From the NCBI RefSeq assembly GCF_001194135.2, contig NC_068983.1, forward strand, positions 142,907,479-142,971,478: a stretch of DNA of 64,000 nt, read 5' to 3'. A program made the translations under genes and the position numbers. Every line of letters starts with the position of its first letter. Position 1 is the first letter of the stretch. Shown in pieces: positions 51,576 to 63,712 of this stretch. The notes below the pieces were generated by a model. That model searched no databases. It worked only from the letters and a program-made list of their open reading frames with translations, and was not told the origin of the DNA. The DNA is from Octopus bimaculoides. Its lineage: Eukaryota.

Positions 51576-52884
51576 TGCTGTATTTAGCATAATTTCACTA
51601 ACTTATGATTAGATTTTATTAAATTTTCATTAAATAAAAATAATTTCTGTTTAACAGGTATCACATTGAAACCTATTAAATTACGAAGTGTTTGTGTTCT
51701 ATATAATAAACTTTATTTTACATTTCTTGCCCACAAGAGATTATGTCCTATCTTTAGCATACTTCTGGTATGTCTTCTCAAATCACGATCATAGGAAAAG
51801 TTATTGATAATTCTTATCAACAAAAACAAAGCTGATAAATATGCACAAGTGTTGCAAAATAAGTTTAATTACCAATAAACATCAGATGACACTTTACTCA
51901 ACTGACAGAGGAAGGTGACCAATCAAACTGATTATGTAAACAGAATCAAAAGTGTCTTCTTGTCTCAAGCTCTGATTTTTTGCCTATTCTTGTTGGAACC
52001 TTTGATACGGAGTATTGAAATTTTAATCCCTTTCACACTTATAAAATGTCAAGCAAACTTAAAAGTTTGTCATTATCATTTTAGCCAGAAGACCAAACTG
52101 ATAGTTTGGTAACCTGCTCAAGTAAACATTAAAAATTAAAAGGAGAAAATAAACAGCTTTGCAAATTTAACTCTGTTTATTGAACAAGGGAAGTGCAAAA
52201 TTTAAGAAGCAGCTTGTTAGAATATGCATGTCTGTGAGAAGACATAAACAAGAATAGCAAAAATTTACTATACCAAAAGAACTGGTAATACATACATTAC
52301 AAGTGTTCTATGAAGAGAACATAAGATTGCTGCATAATTCAACATGAATGTGAAATGACATTAAACATCATATAAGGTAAATGAAGGTTTCTGTAGGAAT
52401 GCTAAGTCATATTCACTTAGTGAGTTTACACGCACAAGAATGAATTATGATGATGTCGTTGGTGATGTTGGCGGTGATGAATTTCATTGTTCTAATGCGG
52501 AGAAAGTGAGCAATAGCTTCCTGGAAGCAAATACAAGGTAGACTTCTTAAGCAGAGCAAAACTGATCTAAGGAAATTGCTGGGCTCCATTGCGATAGGTG
52601 GAAACTCCAAGCAATGCAAAATATGGCCCGGACCGTGATTACCAGCATGAACATCAAACTTCAAAAAGTAGTTAACCATTTAATTGTTTTAAGTAAATTT
52701 ATACAGAAAAAGTAAGCATTATACTGTCCAGCATAAATAAAAGTCAACTTTTTTGCAAAAAAAGTGCGTAAATTACATGGGTTTTTATGGTATTTGTTTT
52801 CTAAGCCTTGTACTTATTTTATCCATCATTTTTGCTAAACTGCTAAGTTATAGAGACATAGACATACCAACAGTAGTTGTCAAC

Positions 52885-53060
52885 CAGCACAGACACACAC
52901 ATTTATATGATGGGCTTCTTTCAGTTTCTATTTTTATCAAATACACTAACAAGGTTTTGATTGGTTCAAGGCTATAGGAGAAATCACTTGCTCAAGGTGC
53001 TATGCAGTGGGGCTGAACTTGGAACCATGTAGTTGAGAAATAAACTTTTTATCACACAAC
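52885..53060 (-). mobile_element. tRNA-derived SINE remnant
   Basis: cacttgctcaaggtgctatgcagtggggctgaacttggaacc. Confidence 0.6.
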
Positions 53061-53531
53061 TATATATAGATATGTATATGTGTATATATCTATATCTATC
53101 TAATTCCAAGAGAGTTAGACGTGAATCCAACCAACTAAGGGATAATATCCATCCAAGACACTGCTGGTAGAATACCCAATTATTAATACATAAGTGTTTT
53201 TTTTTTACTCGATAAACAAAAAGTAATGGAAAATAATAAAGTACCTTGATTAATACCCGGAAATTTATTACTTTTAGTACCGACTAATATCACAGGTATT
53301 AATATAAACTCTAACCCACTTATTGTAGACTGTTACCTCAAGCCCTCAATAGAATACATATCGCATGTTTATATGTATATATATATGTTTATGTATAATT
53401 ATTATAATTATATAAAAAGAAAAATACAAACTACTACAGTAATCCTCCCTTTTCAACACAGGAAATATATATGTACCTATGGGTGTGTTTGTACGTAAAT
53501 ATATATATATGCATATATGTGTGTGTGTGTA

Positions 53532-53574
<43 letters not shown>

Positions 53575-54235
53575 CTCAATTATATACCTTTTCATTCCAA
53601 CATAACTACAATAATCTTAAGATATATTAATTATTTAAATTTCACTATTATTTCTCTTTTGATAATTTTTCTTCCCTCTGTTTATACTTTATCTAATAAG
53701 AATAATATAATACACCTAATAAGAATAATAATAATTTATTCCTTTGTATGCATATACATATACATATAAATGTATAGATATGTATTTATGTATATGTATG
53801 TATGTGTAAAAGTGTGTATATATATGTATGTATTTATATTTATAACTTAACCTTATGAACTTTCTAAACTCTCTGATGAAGCCCAGAGGCACACCTAAGT
53901 ACCTTAATCTTATCTACCAAATACTTCAGTTCACTGAAGGGATGGTAGCAAAGTGGGGTACTATGGCCTCTTGGCTGAAACAGCTGTAAGATACTATTCT
54001 ACTTTCTATGCTCTACATTATATATTTTAATAATTACTGGTATTTTTATATTTTATATATTATATATGTAAAGCATAATATGTTATATATGTATGTATAT
54101 TGTTATAATTGTTTTTTAAAAAATAAATAAATAGACATAATATAATGTCTAAAAGTTGATGAATGCCACCCCTTGATCCCCTCCATTTTCTTATTGCTGT
54201 ATATATATATCTATATATATATATGTCTCTGTGTG

Positions 54236-54284
<49 letters not shown>

Positions 54285-55893
54285 NNNNNNNNNNNNNNNN
54301 NNNNNNNNNNNNNNNNNNNNNNNNNNNNNNNNNNNNNNNNNNNNNNNNNNNNNNNNNNNNNNNNNNNNNNNNNNNNNNNNNNNNNNNNNNNNNNNNNNNN
54401 NNNNNNNNNNNNNNNNNNNNNNNNNNNNNNNNNNNNNNNNNNNNNNNNNNNNNNNNNNNNNNNNNNNNNNNNNNNNNNNNNNNNNNNNNNNNNNNNNNNN
54501 NNNNNNNNNNNNNNNNNNNNNNNNNNNNNNNNNNNNNNNNNNNNNNNNNNNNNNNNNNNNNNNNNNNNNNNNNNNNNNNNNNNNNNNNNNNNNNNNNNNN
54601 NNNNNNNNNNNNNNNNNNNNNNNNNNNNNNNNNNNNNNNNNNNNNNNNNNNNNNNNNNNNNNNNNNNNNNNNNNNNNNNNNNNNNNNNNNNNNNNNNNNN
54701 NNNNNNNNNNNNNNNNNNNNNNNNNNNNNNNNNNNNNNNNNNNNNNNNNNNNNNNNNNNNNNNNNNNNNNNNNNNNNNNNNNNNNNNNNNNNNNNNNNNN
54801 NNNNNNNNNNNNNNNNNNNNNNNNNNNNNNNNNNNNNNNNNNNNNNNNNNNNNNNNNNNNNNNNNNNNNNNNNNNNNNNNNNNNNNTATATATATATATA
54901 TATATAAGTTTATATTCATATATATGTATATGTCTGTTTTTATGCATATATATATTTTTGTATAATGTATATATGAATGTTTGCATGTATGTATATATAG
55001 AGATGCGTGCACGTGTGTATACACATATTGTTGTACCCATAGAAGATACATATTAACTTACAGATGTATCCACATGCAAGATATACTTTTACTCATTCAC
55101 TTCTACACATATGCAACTATTTGTCTGTGTATATGTGCTTGTTGTCATTATATATTCATATAGGTACTATAAAACTTTTCATCATTTAATGAAGCTAATG
55201 AATTGCAGAAAATAAAGGAATCACATTAACTTAGGTAAAACCATAAAAAGGTTTCAGTTTTTCCCATTTTCCAATTCCAGAGAGTAAATTCCTTTAGTTG
55301 TGTATTTTTTATTTTTTATTTATTTCTAAACAATTAAAGTATAGTAGAATTTAATTGTGATGAAATAGGGGAAAAAAATTACTAAAATAAACAAACAAAA
55401 ACAAATTCTTAGTTGAGAAGTGTTTGCTACTCTTGAATTATTTTTTAATGTTTTCAGGAGAGTCCACATGGCTAGCTGTCATCAGTTTCTTGTGTTCAAA
55501 AGGCACAATGAGAATTGCATGGGCTATCAGTATTCAACAATAGCTTAGCCAATCTAGCAGATTAGCATCTGCTGGTAGCAGCTGGTCGCCATGCAGCTGC
55601 TAATATATAATCTAACAAGAGCAGTGACAACCCCAAAATCATTTTTTTAAAAATATTTATTTATTCATTTATTTATTTATTATTTTTAGTCTCTCGTTTA
55701 CTTCCTCTGTTTAGCAATACAATAGCAGTAAAGCTAGGAAAATATAACATCTATATGAAAGAGAATTCACGTGTGTGAATGTGCGTGTATCTGTGTATGC
55801 AATTTAAAATTGTGTGTGTTTCTCCGTGCATGTATACCAACATGGCAAGTTGTGCATATAAATGGAAATATATGTATTTACACACATGCATAT

Positions 55894-55929
<36 letters not shown>

Positions 55930-56299
55930 TGTACACAATATACACATTCCTACAAAATAATTAGCAGTTTTATTTCATTTCAGTAGTTTTGTTTCTGTGC
56001 TTGTAGATTCCTATGATTTATAATCATGCTAGTGTGTGTGTGTGCATACATATATATATATATATATATGATGATATATATATATTGGTTAAAAAAAAAA
56101 AGAATTGGCAGCTTGATAATTCCCTCCATATTTTGTCCTGAGTGAACATTTTATTAAAGTCTTAAACAATATTTAACACAACAGCAGTAGAATTATTGCA
56201 TGACAGGTGTTGTTGGACTTATTCCTTTAGCCTACTGGCTGTCATATAGCACAAGTAAATAGCAACTGTTTCTTAATATCTTTTATACTTCAGTCCAAC

Positions 56300-56770
56300 C
56301 ACCATTACCAAATTCTCATTTGCTTTTGTGCTGACAATTTTTCAATCTATCATCTGCAAATTTTCCTTATAAATTATACATTAAAGAAAAGAGTACATAT
56401 CCTTTTATTGTATCTCCCTAGCTAATATCCATCAAAGTTATTATTTTAGCCTTCCTTAAGAAGCCTTGGATTCATAGTTACTACAATGTTGTCTGATCTG
56501 CTGACCCCCACTACAAATAATGGTAGATAGTATCATGGAGTTCTATTTTAACCTTGATCTTTTGTTAAAACTATTTCTTTCATCACAGCAACTTGTGCAA
56601 AGAATGGAATACTTTTTATTTTTTTGTAGTCTGCCAAGGCTAGGCTGGCTAGTTTGCAATATTCAGATAAGTTTTCAGTAAAGTAGTTGATGACATAGAA
56701 ATGGTCCATTGTTGAAAGCCACTCATAAAGCCAGCAGGAACATTTGAATATCCTATCTTTGAACATGTGA
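56300..56770 (-). mobile_element. Highly degenerate LINE reverse transcriptase remnant
   Basis: Minus strand tttgcagatgat (FADD), preceded by a segment loosely resembling GxxQGxxLSP. Confidence 0.35.
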
Positions 56771-57769
56771 TTGTTTCCTATTTTTATGTCTTTCTATGCC
56801 TGCTGATAAAAATTTTTGGTTATAAGATTGTTTTGTTATCTCTCTTTTTTTCTTTTTATTTGTTCAAGCAGCATATGCTGTCACCTGTTTGTACTTAATT
56901 GGGGGAAAACTGCTTCAAGGGGCACATGATAAAGATTCCTTCCATAAACATTTCTATCTCCTGTGTCCTTTTATAGTATTTAGAAACTCTTCTGATAACT
57001 TAAATGAATTAGTTAAATTCATATTTAATGTAAAATTTTGGCACCTTTTCTTGAAATAAAGTGAGGAAAATCTCCAGTTTAATTTAACTTAATAATATTG
57101 AGTGATATCCTTATTTAGTTAATTTTAAACTCTGTCTCTGCTTATCTACACAAGAAAGGACTCCCCAACACATACAAATAGTCATACTGTTTCTAAATTT
57201 TATAACAGACTTGCACACTGTAGGCAACATGTAACATACTGTATGTAACTCAGTGTGTGGTCTGTAATGAATTTGGAAATAATATCTAATTGTAACAAAA
57301 TAACAGTTCGTAGTAAAAAGAAAAAAAGGAGGATGTTCTGTAGACATCTGAGTATGAAAAATCAAAACCTGAATCCTTTTTTTTTGCTTCTCTTTTAATC
57401 ATAATTCAAATCTAAGACAAAGTAGAAATATTTCAAGCATAAATTTACATTTTTTTGAAAATGTAATATAGTTTGCATTAATTTTTGCCTTAAAGTAATA
57501 TGACATCAACAACCAGGCCAGATTTATCTTATAAAAGTTCTTACCATTCTTTCATTAAAATTTCAAGTGTGAAGCAGTTTTACTTTGAAAAATAGTTCTA
57601 TTAGGGGAAAAACCAAAAGCTGTATTCAAATTTTCATATGTAAAAAAGCCAGAAAAGCCTTTAGCTGTCACTTGCAAGTGAGTATGGCATCATAGCATGT
57701 ACCAGGCTTTTGTTAATTGTTTTTGGCTGTCTGTGTAGATATCAATATTGATACTCTCTTGGCTCTCTC

Positions 57770-57960
57770 ACACTTCACTGAACAGAACATCCTTGATGTG
57801 ACAGCAGGAGGCAGAAGATGCTGGTATTCTTTTATTGCTGAGCAAACTGGAGCAATGTGAAATGAAGTGCCTGGCTCAAGGAGACAACAAGAACACAATA
57901 GACCACCTAGTCCAGGAATCAAACTCACATCATAATGATCTTAGGTTCAATTCCACTAGG
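57770..57960 (-). mobile_element. SINE remnant
   Basis: gtgaaatgaagtgcctggctcaaggagacaac...ccaggaatcaaactcac is the reverse complement of the SINE family at 45650. Confidence 0.6.
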
Positions 57961-58403
57961 CCACTACCTAATTAATATATAGTTACCTAAGTATCTAAAT
58001 GATATATAGGTTATAATATAAAAAGATATGACTTGTGTTTGCTTAATTTGTGTGTGCATATGTGTGTGAATCTTTGCATTGATACTGTTTGTTCAGTGGT
58101 GATATTACTTATGTCCTGCATAAACGAAATGTCCAGAGGCTCAGTAATTTGATATGCTAAGATGTGGAATAAAATTCTTTCATGAAAATAAGGGTTAGCA
58201 TCAGAAAGGGCATCTAACCAAGGAATATTGCCTCAAGAAGTGTTGTCCAACCCATGTCAGCATGGACATAAAAATGAAATTATGTTATCAACATTATTTT
58301 ACATTCACTTTCCATATTGGGTTGGGTTGGATGGGTTGCTGTGATACGAGTCAGTTCTTATTCAGAGTTACAGGCCTCCTAGATGGTTCATGGAACCACA
58401 TCT

Positions 58404-58995
58404 GGATCTTTTTTAAAACGGGGGCCACATTTTTCATTAACGAAACACTTTGAAACTTGGAACACTGGTAGAATGTGTCATATAAAACATCTTTTTCTCT
58501 TAGTCTTCTTAAAAAAAAAAGAAATCCATAAGTTATTCCATGTTAAAGTTGTCGTATTTCTGTAATTTCAACCAATCACTGACGTCCATTCAGCCGATAT
58601 ACATTAAGTGCCGACTACATAAACAAACGATTCTGAAACAATTAACCCTAACCCTAACCCTAATCCTAGGGTTAGGGTTAGGGTTAGGGTTAGGGTTAGG
58701 GTTAAAGCAAATTTAAAATGAAAAAAGCAAATAAAACGAAGGTATGGAGATTAAATACGCTTTACATCGCTTAATCAGCCAAAGGAGTAAATATAAACAA
58801 CTGAATACTTGTCAGTGATTGGTTGAAATTATCAAAATAAGACAATTTTTTACATGAAATAAATTCGAATACAAAAATATTTTTCTGTTCTATAACACAA
58901 AATAGATAAGTGTACGAAGTTTGAAAGTCTTTCCGTACCAAAAACACTATGTAAAACATTAATGAAAAATGTGGCCCCCGTTTTAAAATAGATCC
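58404..58995. mobile_element. Non-autonomous foldback DNA transposon (Merlin-like MITE), 592 bp
   Basis: 37-bp TIRs starting GG (36/37 identical), perfect 8-bp TSD CCACATCT at 58396-58403 and 58996-59003, perfect inner 21-bp inverted repeat (58563-58583 / 58811-58831), no ORF. The Merlin label is inferred from the GG termini plus 8-bp TSD. Confidence 0.85.
58642..58705. repeat. Palindromic telomeric repeat (CCCTAA)n-(TTAGGG)n inside the MITE
   Basis: ttaaccctaaccctaaccctaatcctagggttagggttagggttagggttagggttagggttaa, centre cctagg at 58665-58670. Confidence 0.97.
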
Positions 58996-59699
58996 CCACA
59001 TCTTGTATTGCTTAATTTTTGACCTGGTTTCCATGGTTGGATGCCCTTTCTAACACCATTCACTTCATGGTGTGTACTGGGTGTATTTAATCATAGCATC
59101 AGCATTAGAAAGATTGTCATGTCCTTGGCAAAATTAATAAGTCCTCTCTACTCTATGTTGTTTTTTTCCTTTCAAAGCAAACATGATTGAGAAGGTGAAT
59201 TGAAGAGAGTGATGACTAAGAGGATGAAAAAAGAGAAAGCATGAGTTTGATGGGAGTAAACAGAATGATAAGTGAGGGAGGGGAGAGGGAGTAATGGAAG
59301 AGAAGCAATGATAACTACTTGTTGGTTATTGGTTAAGAGATCGAATGGAAAACAGCATGAATGGGTTGATAGGAGTTATCAATAAAAATAAGTGATGGTA
59401 AGGGAGAATGAGTGATGAATAGCAATAGAGATGGGTGATACTGAGAGTTGTAGATATTGGTGAAGAGTGTTGTGGGTGAGAGTGAGAGTTGTAGCTAGTG
59501 GTAAAGAAGGGTGATGGTAGAACAATACTGGATATGGACAGATCCAATGCATCCCTCCCTGTTACACAGATGTAGAGTAGTAAAGGAGTGATTATAGAAG
59601 AGAAGTAATGATAAAGGATGATGGAAGAAAGAAAGAAAGAGTGATTAAACGGTGGTAGTAGTGGGGATTGTAGTAGTGGGGATTGAATTGGGACAAATA

Positions 59700-60561
59700 C
59701 AGGGTGCGGTGAATAAACTGTTGTCTAAATTACGCAAAAATAAAAATAACAGTGACATCTCATTTTAACAGATATATTTACCAAAATTACATTAAAAAAT
59801 CTTGAAATACTAAAGAGTAAATTTATTCAATAAAATCGCCATTGGCTTCAACTATGGCTTCCAGATGACTTCAGAATCTCCTGCAACTCTTCTGGATGGT
59901 CTCCTTGTTTAAGTTGATGAATGCTATCATAATTCTTGCCTACACTTCATCTTTGGTGTTACAAGAAGTTTTGTTGGTCTCTCACTCAACTGTGCCCCAT
60001 ACATAATAATCAAGGATGTTGCAGTCTGGGGAGTTAGGTGGCCAGATGTTAGGGGCGATGTGGTTGCAGAAATTGTCTGACAGCTATGACTGGGTTCTCC
60101 TGCTTGTGTGGCATGGGTGCAGAGTTCTGTTGCTAGACATAAGGTCTTCCAGCAGCCACTCTCTTGACCCAAGGCAACACTACCTCCTCCAGGCACTTGA
60201 TATAGGCCTCCATCTTGAGTCTGAGGCTGTGTAGGAAGATGAATGGCGACAATGTTGCCATCACTAGTGATCACTCCAAACACCATGATGTTGACTGGAT
60301 GTTTGACTTTTATCACTCTCGGTATATGTCCTCAGATTGACATCCCAAAACTCTGAAATGTTCGTATTGAAGCTTCTGGCATGAATACCAAGCAGTACAG
60401 CATGTAATTTCCAAATTTCTGGCAGAGTGAATTGTGTCAGGGTACTGTTTTTCTCACAGATGGTGCCCAACTGACCCTACTATTCTGTGTAGTCGACAAA
60501 ATTAAAAATAAACAATGTGCATGCGCAAAATGGAAAATATAAATGGCGACAATTTACCCTG
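59700..60561 (-). mobile_element. Internally deleted DD37D (maT-type) mariner element
   Basis: TA-flanked ends cagggt...; KHPVNIMVFGVITSDG, PYV*QQNSAP.CHTSRRTQS*LSDNFCNHIAPNIWPPNSPDCNILDYYVWG with 37 residues between the second and third catalytic positions. Confidence 0.9.
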
Positions 60562-60739
60562 TAGAATACTTTCTCTGTGACATAGGTAGTTAATAAAAGA
60601 GGGTGAATGAAAGAGTAAAGATGACAGTAGATGGATACTTGGCAAGAATATAATGGATGATAGATCCTATGTAGATATGTTACACATCCAGTCTTCACCT
60701 CTACCACCACTTAAATGAGCATTTTGCCCTGCTTGCACC

Positions 60740-61535
60740 ACTGGGCAGGTCTTCTCTGGAACTACCTGCCACCATTCATCACAGTTCTTTGTCATATTTG
60801 TGAGGCTCAGTCTTCACCACTGCGTTACAAGAATTCCTAGGTGTCCTACATCAATTATAGATTCCATCCACTTAAAGTATTTAGCATTTCTTAACTGAAC
60901 AGACATCCTCCATTATATCACATACCCATACTAGTGCATTCTTTTCTTTTAAACATTGTATTTGAGGCCTCTTCTGGCATTTCTTTCAGCTCATTTGTGC
61001 ACACTTAACATTACACATCCACTGGAGCATGTTTGCTTTGTTTCTTTCCAGCTGTTGCAAATCTGCATTCAAAGCCCATATATCACACCCATGTAGCATC
61101 AATCACACTTTGTACACAAGCATCATACCATTTGGAAGTTACTCTGAGAGAAAAACCCTTTGTTATCTTTTTACCCCCACTCCAGACTAATTCCATTTCT
61201 CATTATATTCTCCCAACCAGCCCCTTTCTGTGCCTTCTCTCCCCTGTACTATTCTCCATCATTAACACTTCACTTGTTTGCTCTTACCTTCAATACCCTC
61301 AAAGCCACCTCCCTCAATACTACTCTCCCCTCCCAGCTGAAGTTACTTGGTGACTCTGCTGGTGCCACATAAAAAGCACCCAGTACACTCTGTAAAGCGG
61401 TTGGCTTTAGGAAGGGCATGCAACTGTAGAAACCATACCAAAACAGACATTGGAGCCTTGAACAGCTTGTGGTTTTGCCAGTTCCTGTCAAATCGTCCAG
61501 CCCATGCCAGCATGGAAAATAGACATTAAAGGATG
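60740..61535. mobile_element. RTE LINE remnant: ORF2 end on the minus strand (60740-61160) joined to pyrimidine spacer plus tail on the plus strand (61160-61535)
   Basis: Minus strand: TKGFSLRV..YDACV, LERNKANMLQWMCNV, SVKKC, VVKT, WQVVPEKT. Plus strand: gaagggcatgcaactgtagaaac...ccatgccagcatggaaaatagacattaa. Confidence 0.7.
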
Positions 61536-61559
61536 GTATATTCTTATTACTAGGTATTC

Positions 61560-63520
61560 CTGCACATTTGCCATATATGAAGTCTACTTTCTCCTCTAAT
61601 CTGTCTATGATTCACTACACCTCTTGAGTGTCCAAAGTTTAAACTGAATACACCATATTAAATTTATGCTTACTTCTTTTCTGCATATCAAGCATGGCCA
61701 TTTCCCTGATAATAGCAAGGCACTGCCTTCTTTTTTTCTTACTAAAACTTTACTCTTTACTAACTTTAATTTGAGACTATCTTGGTTCTAGGTTTTGCTT
61801 CCAAGCTTAGAATGTCTTCTCTAAATCTTCTATAAATTCAGCTACAATAAGGTTATCAGCGACAAAAAAATTCCCACAGACAGCTGGTCTTGAACTTTTG
61901 GTTTGGCCTAGGCTACTATAATAAAAAGATGTTAAGAACTGTACCATGATGGCCCCTACATGCAAACTAAATTAATCATGAACTCATTGTTCACCCTCAC
62001 CTTGTTGAATGCACCTCTGCACATGGCTTGCCTTCAGCAGATCAACAATGTTAGGGATAGAGGTTTACTCTTATCTTCTCCCAACTTTTGCAGTTGTCTC
62101 ACTCAGAAGATGGCATTATTAGTAAATCTTCCAAGAACAAAGTACAATTGAATTTCAGCTAGGCTAATTCTGTTCCTAACTTTCTGCAGCTTTCATAATC
62201 TGGTCCATCAATTTAATGCCACTGTTGTTACCAGTCTTTGCTGCATCTCTTTTGACCTTGTAGTAGTTGATAATACCACTGCATCAGCCATTGAGTATGA
62301 CACCTTCTTGTACTACCTGATTGATTGTATGAGTGACAAGCATATATTCTACTTAACCAGATATTTTAAGCATCTCAGCGATTATTTCTGATGGACCAGC
62401 TGCTTTCCCTGCTTTTTTATTTTTAATTGTGTTAGTGACAACACTGCTGTCTACTACAATTGCTGGGTTCTTTGTTGGGTCTACTTAAGACATACCCTCT
62501 CTCTTCTATGTCTTCTCCTTATTCAACAACCTTTTGTAATAACATTTCCATTCTTCTTTCATTTCATTCTGTAACCACTTCTCAACAACATACTGATTTT
62601 CTCTAGTGCACTGTTTTGCAGTCTAGAATACCTCATGTTTATGATCTTCACATCACAACATGTGCAAGAAAGAAAGAAGTTTACACATCTTACTTCCTGC
62701 TTCTCTTCTTGCTAAGTATACCTGAGGTCTAGCTTCACTTCAAGCTACTTGAATTGTTCTTTGCTGCCTCATTTCTTTCAGTCTTTCTAAGCCAGTCTCT
62801 TAGCTTTTCCGAATCTATCAACAGTACTATTCCACTATTGTGCCACTTTCCACTTGACTGGAACCTTGCAATAGCCACAGATTTGGTTTATAGTCTTCAG
62901 CAAGTTGTCCCATAGACACTCCTTATTGTTTTTTATGTTATAAATCTCTATCTCTTCCTCTGTTCTGTCATACATATTAACAAGAACTTGTCTGAACCTA
63001 GAGCTGGTTGGAGATTCTTTCAGCTACCATGTCTTCCTTCTCAAATTTTCTTTGTACCTATGGGTCTATCTAACTTTTACTCTGAAATCAGCTATCATTA
63101 GTCTATGTTGAGTGATACATTTTCCAAGGAAAGACTTAGCATTCACAACTATCTGTTTATTCCATTTCCTAGTGGGGATGAAGTCTATCTGGCTTGTGTG
63201 TTCACCCAACTGATTGGTAATCAGATGGCTGGTCACTTTCCTAAAACTAATGTTGCAACTAAGTAATTGCATCACAAAACTTCAGAAGCCTTGATTCCTC
63301 CTCATTCTTTGTATCAATATCCATAGTCTCCATGTATGCTGGAAAAGCTGTCATAAGTTTATCAATCATGTCCATTAGAATTGCCAGTTACAATAATGAA
63401 GTCACTGTCATTTGTTATTGTGATAATCTGCAAGAAGGCTTCATAAAACTGGTCAGTCCTTCTGTTCATCTGGGAATCCTGATTGTGGTGCGTAAGCAGT
63501 GGTAAATTTCACTGTCATGT
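61560..63520 (-). mobile_element. Degenerate RTE LINE ORF2 remnant (endonuclease, linker, start of RT)
   Basis: SQIDFIPTRKW...QHRLMIADFR at 63066-63275 and a KAAGPSEI-like segment near 62400. Confidence 0.65.
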
Positions 63521-63712
63521 TATTCAAGACTAGCCTAAGCTCAATTACTCTATTGCACACACTCTGACTACCTTGATTACTTTATCTAGACATTTCTCTG
63601 CCAATGATGTGTCTAGTCTGCGTACTTGATTACTGTTTCTGCATGAGTAATTGTTGAAGCTTGCCACCTTCTTACTTCTTGTACACAGCACATATCTATA
63701 TATATATAGGCG

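Noticed and set aside
54060-55056. Long ORFs of 244-326 aa, and similar ones at 11710-12184 and 34854-35482
   Set aside because: They are open only because they run through N-gaps and (TA)n repeats.
56548-56766. 72-aa minus-strand ORF MFKDRIFKCSCW...
   Set aside because: It lies just upstream of a FADD-containing degenerate RT segment, so it is more likely LINE debris than a host exon.
58642-58705. Telomere-telomere fusion scar or chromosome end
   Set aside because: The orientation is CCCTAA then TTAGGG, the opposite of a fusion, and the array sits inside a TSD-flanked transposon.
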